Of a stretch of DNA of 34,807 nucleotides, positions 32,443-34,807 are shown one piece after another. Every line of letters begins with the position of its first letter. The stretch's first letter is position 1. Source of the stretch: a virus (taxonomy: Duplodnaviria > Caudoviricetes); the IMG/VR virus record IMGVR_UViG_3300003375_000077, positions 1 through 34,807 of that record. One strand, written 5' to 3'. Position numbers and translations under genes: made by a program. The notes under the pieces are model-generated. The model was not told the DNA's origin. It worked only from the letters and a program-made list of their open reading frames with translations, and did no database searches.

Positions 32443-32786
32443 GCACTTCTGTAGATAAGCCTTTATCAGCTGCAGAGTCGATTTTTAAGTCATTGATTTG
32501 GAATCCTGCAATTACTGCAGCGGAGTCGAATGCTCCATTTTTAAAGATCTGGCCATTTAGTGCAATAGTTAACATGATTTCAAATTACATTTTTAGTGAT
32601 CTTACTGAAGTTGTAGATATTGGAGCGATAGTTTTGCTAAACGATGAACATAAAACGGCTTATGTTTCAGCTTTAGAACAGCTTTCGGTCATAGCTGAAG
32701 AAAAAGGAATAACCAGTGCAGAATTTAAAACAGCTCAAGCAAGTGCTCTTTCCGCTCTCAGTAGTTTCACTCGTTTTAATCAGTAG
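32439..32786 (+). CDS. Lysis-cassette protein (possible inner-membrane spanin-like partner)
   Basis: Likely ATG 32439; amphipathic/hydrophobic N-half, helical C-half; 3' end overlapped by the lipoprotein gene. Confidence 0.55.
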   Translation: MSTSVDKPLSAAESIFKSLIWNPAITAAESNAPFLKIWPFSAIVNMISNYIFSDLTEVVDIGAIVLLNDEHKTAYVSALEQLSVIAEEKGITSAEFKTAQASALSALSSFTRFNQ

Positions 32787-33066
32787 CGCTTGCGTAACCA
32801 TTAAAGACGTTCAATTTTGTTCCCCCGCCGGGTTGGTTTCATCGGGTGGGAATTGCTCTCATCTAATTTCTACACAGACAAGCACAATGGATTTTCAAAC
32901 GTTCATGACTTTTCTGGATGGATCTTCAACCAAGGCACCCGCTATCTGCATGAGTGTTGATGATTTTAATACAATGAAAACTCAATACGAAGAGCTATGC
33001 AGAATGTTAGGAAGTAGATGCATAGTTCCAATTGATTCAACGCCTGCTCCCTCAGTAGAGGAATAA
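32716..33066 (+). CDS. Lipoprotein (possible o-spanin)
   Basis: AAGGA RBS, GTG start; MQNLKQLKQVLFPLSVVSLVLISSA-C lipobox-like; 6 Cys; next to the endolysin candidate. Confidence 0.65.
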   Translation: MQNLKQLKQVLFPLSVVSLVLISSACVTIKDVQFCSPAGLVSSGGNCSHLISTQTSTMDFQTFMTFLDGSSTKAPAICMSVDDFNTMKTQYEELCRMLGSRCIVPIDSTPAPSVEE

Positions 33067-33480
33067 ATGAAATTATTTCTACAAAGAAAAGAGTTTAGAG
33101 AAGACGGTATTTTCGGAGAGATCTCATGTTTCAACGAAAATGGAAGGTTTGATAAAATCTGCGTAAGCCTTGAGCATTCGTATGATAACGTTCCTAAAAT
33201 CCCTTGTGGCGAATTTAAATGTGTCCGAGGCCTTCACAGACTTCATAACATGGATGATGACTTCGAGACATTTGAGATCACTGGAATTGAAGGACATTCT
33301 AATATTCTATTCCATTGGGGAAATTTCAATGCAGACTCAGAAGGATGCGTCTTGGTAGGAAGAGACATAGTTGAGTACAATGGTCATGGAATGAAAATGA
33401 TTACTCATTCAAGAGAGACATTCGCACAGTTCATCGAACTCCAATCAGGAACCGATGAATTTATTCTTGTAGTTAGCTAA
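33067..33480 (+). CDS. DUF5675-family protein, probable endolysin
   Basis: LFLQR…GIFGE…SLE…IPCGEF…HSNILFHWGNFNADSEGCVLVG…SRETF matches DUF5675 (H-x-G-N…S-x-G-C). Confidence 0.8.
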   Translation: MKLFLQRKEFREDGIFGEISCFNENGRFDKICVSLEHSYDNVPKIPCGEFKCVRGLHRLHNMDDDFETFEITGIEGHSNILFHWGNFNADSEGCVLVGRDIVEYNGHGMKMITHSRETFAQFIELQSGTDEFILVVS

Positions 33481-33687
33481 GAACTTATGAGCCCTTGTAA
33501 GAGGCCTTTCAAAGGACTTAAGAGGAGTTCTACAAGGAATACAGTGAACTAATCTACCTGTGGTGTTAAATCTTTCGCCGCATCTTGTACACTTAAGATT
33601 TCTTGTTCTGCATTTGAGGCAGACTCCAGAGGAGTGCAATGATTTAACGGCATTTCCACATTTATTGCAGCGTTCGATAACTGGCAT
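33445..33687 (-). CDS. Zinc-ribbon protein with four CxxC motifs
   Basis: CNKC, CLKC, CTRC, CIPC; AAGGT RBS. Confidence 0.7.
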   Translation of the reverse strand: MPVIERCNKCGNAVKSLHSSGVCLKCRTRNLKCTRCGERFNTTGRLVHCIPCRTPLKSFERPLTRAHKFLANYKNKFIGS

Positions 33688-33824
33688 TTTTTACCTTGAT
33701 ATGTAAGTAAGTAATAAAAAACATCCATTGATGTTCTTGTTTTTACTCCAAAAGAATCTACTAAGTAATACTTCATACCCCCGTGAGCACATTCTCTAAT
33801 GAAGGTATAACCTTTATAATTCAT
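33549..33824 (-). CDS. Hypothetical protein
   Basis: GAGG RBS and ATGA coupling; C-terminal half overlaps the Zn-ribbon gene. Confidence 0.5.
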   Translation of the reverse strand: MNYKGYTFIRECAHGGMKYYLVDSFGVKTRTSMDVFYYLLTYQGKKCQLSNAAINVEMPLNHCTPLESASNAEQEILSVQDAAKDLTPQVD

Positions 33825-33910
33825 TCCAAAACCTCGCGAACGTGTAAAACTTCACATTTAACTGCATAACTCCAAGTTTCCACACATTTTTTTACAGGAT
33901 CTTTTTTCAT
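33821..33910 (-). CDS. 29-aa peptide, not in ORF track
   Basis: MKKDPVKKCVETWSYAVKCEVLHVREVLE; GAGGA RBS; ATGA overlaps at both ends. Confidence 0.55.
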   Translation of the reverse strand: MKKDPVKKCVETWSYAVKCEVLHVREVLE

Positions 33911-34089
33911 TTATTCCTCTTTGTTTTCCATTCACGGAACTCTTTCGCAAACTGAACATCTTGTTTAAACTCAATCACTCGCTCCCTCACGCTTCCACTC
34001 ACGAAGCATGAAGCGCATAGGATTAGAAGTGCCCATGCAATGAGACCGAAGAAAAGATATTGCGCGAATTTAAGTAGTGCGCGGGTCAT
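33907..34089 (-). CDS. Small membrane or exported protein
   Basis: Hydrophobic N-terminal helix (YLFFGLIAWALLILCASCFV); AGGAG RBS; ATGA overlaps. Confidence 0.65.
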   Translation of the reverse strand: MTRALLKFAQYLFFGLIAWALLILCASCFVSGSVRERVIEFKQDVQFAKEFREWKTKRNK

Positions 34090-34807
34090 TCAAAAAACTC
34101 CTTAAACTTTTCGTTCCCATATTTTCCTTCGGTCAATTTAATCACGTCTTTTATCTTGTATTCTTTCTTAAGTTTCGACGACTCACAGAACTGTTTAACT
34201 CCGAATTCACAGGCTCCTGTGATTGCGCGGTATGCCTGAATTAATTCATCTACTGACTTTGTGTCTTCAAGCTTCCACTTCTTATATTTTGTTGTGTCTC
34301 TGTCGGTTAACTTGTAGCGAAGTCCTTCAATTGCTTTTTCTATGGTTTCACCGTGACTAAAAGTGTTTCCACTCTTAACAACATAGCTTGATTTTCTTTC
34401 TAAAAATTCCTCTACTTCAAAAACCTCTATCTTTCCAATTTTCTTTTTCGAGATTAGCTTTTTAGTTATTCCATCAGCTGAAACATATCCATTTTTAAGA
34501 TGTTCTTTGAAGTCTGATTCTATTGATGATGGTGATTTTATGACAGTCGCTGTCTCACTTTTATTGATTTTAATTTTATTTCCATGGAGAAAAGCAACGG
34601 AATAATCTAAAAGAGAAATATAAATTAAACACGAAAATACTTGAATTGTAGACCAATGGAAAGCCACGACACTGCTTGAGCCATGCACCTCGACACGGCT
34701 TGAGCCATACGCCTCGACACTGCTTGAGCCATACGCCACGACACTGCTTGAGCCATGCGCCACGACACTGCTTGAGTCATGCGTCACGACACGGCTTGAG
34801 CCATACG
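34086..34807 (-). CDS. 3' part of the 8-aa-repeat protein (begins at 286)
   Basis: Open to the window end; C-terminal SHGETIEKA…YRAITGACEFGVKQF…IKLTEGKYG module seen on repeat-bearing phage proteins. Confidence 0.88.
   Translation of the reverse strand, partial: YGSSRVVTHDSSSVVAHGSSSVVAYGSSSVEAYGSSRVEVHGSSSVVAFHWSTIQVFSCLIYISLLDYSVAFLHGNKIKINKSETATVIKSPSSIESDFKEHLKNGYVSADGITKKLISKKKIGKIEVFEVEEFLERKSSYVVKSGNTFSHGETIEKAIEGLRYKLTDRDTTKYKKWKLEDTKSVDELIQAYRAITGACEFGVKQFCESSKLKKEYKIKDVIKLTEGKYGNEKFKEFFE
34664..34807. repeat. 24-bp tandem repeat, 6 units (right part of the junction-spanning array)
   Basis: Exactly 144 nt of the same unit as at 1-168. Confidence 0.97.

Larger units (their letters stand above)
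1..34807. mobile_element. Complete circularly permuted tailed phage genome, podovirus-like architecture
   Basis: Gene order is terminase-portal-scaffold-capsid-adaptor-nozzle-ejection proteins-fibre-lysis, with no tape measure, tube or sheath gene. End (…gagccatacg) and start (ccacgacact…) join in repeat phase and in reading frame. No host housekeeping genes. Confidence 0.93.

Noticed and set aside
34664-34807. Diversity-generating retroelement TR/VR pair
   Set aside because: No reverse transcriptase, differences include C/T changes, and the repeats are tandem.
1-34807. Alternative genetic code
   Set aside because: Long intact ORFs tile the genome under the standard code, and TAA, TGA and TAG all end genes.

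Overview
The window appears to be a complete, circularly closed ~34.8 kb genome of a short-tailed (podovirus-like) dsDNA phage. The last and first bases join in frame inside a 24-bp tandem-repeat gene on the minus strand. A divergent control region (1373-1493) separates two arms. The leftward accessory operon encodes a small HTH protein, an Imm5-like protein, a secreted HExxHxxGxxH metalloprotease, an 8-aa-repeat protein and a Zn-ribbon protein, mostly chained by 4-nt start/stop overlaps across the window ends. The rightward arm encodes Bet/RecT, a replication initiator, RusA, an HTH regulator, a GNAT, large terminase, small acidic proteins, portal, scaffold, major capsid, decoration/tail proteins, three ejection-type proteins, fibres, and a lysis cassette ending in a DUF5675 protein. 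I recognise no integrase, polymerase, helicase, tRNA or CRISPR array. A Bdellovibrionota/Oligoflexia host is only an inference from protein style. Most notable observations: (1) a motif YGGCCA-N5-TCAT-N3-TRA in front of four late modules, a candidate phage late promoter; (2) about ten copies of a hydrophobic-x-x-G-G-x-V/I motif that divides an ejection protein into modules and recurs in two other late proteins, suggesting a polyprotein-processing or cargo-tagging system; (3) a 1134-aa fibre with a signal-peptide-like N-terminus; (4) a pseudoknot-capable 5' leader; (5) a strong terminator inside a translationally coupled mini-ORF just upstream of the lysis genes. All family calls come from motif recognition and synteny, without database searches.
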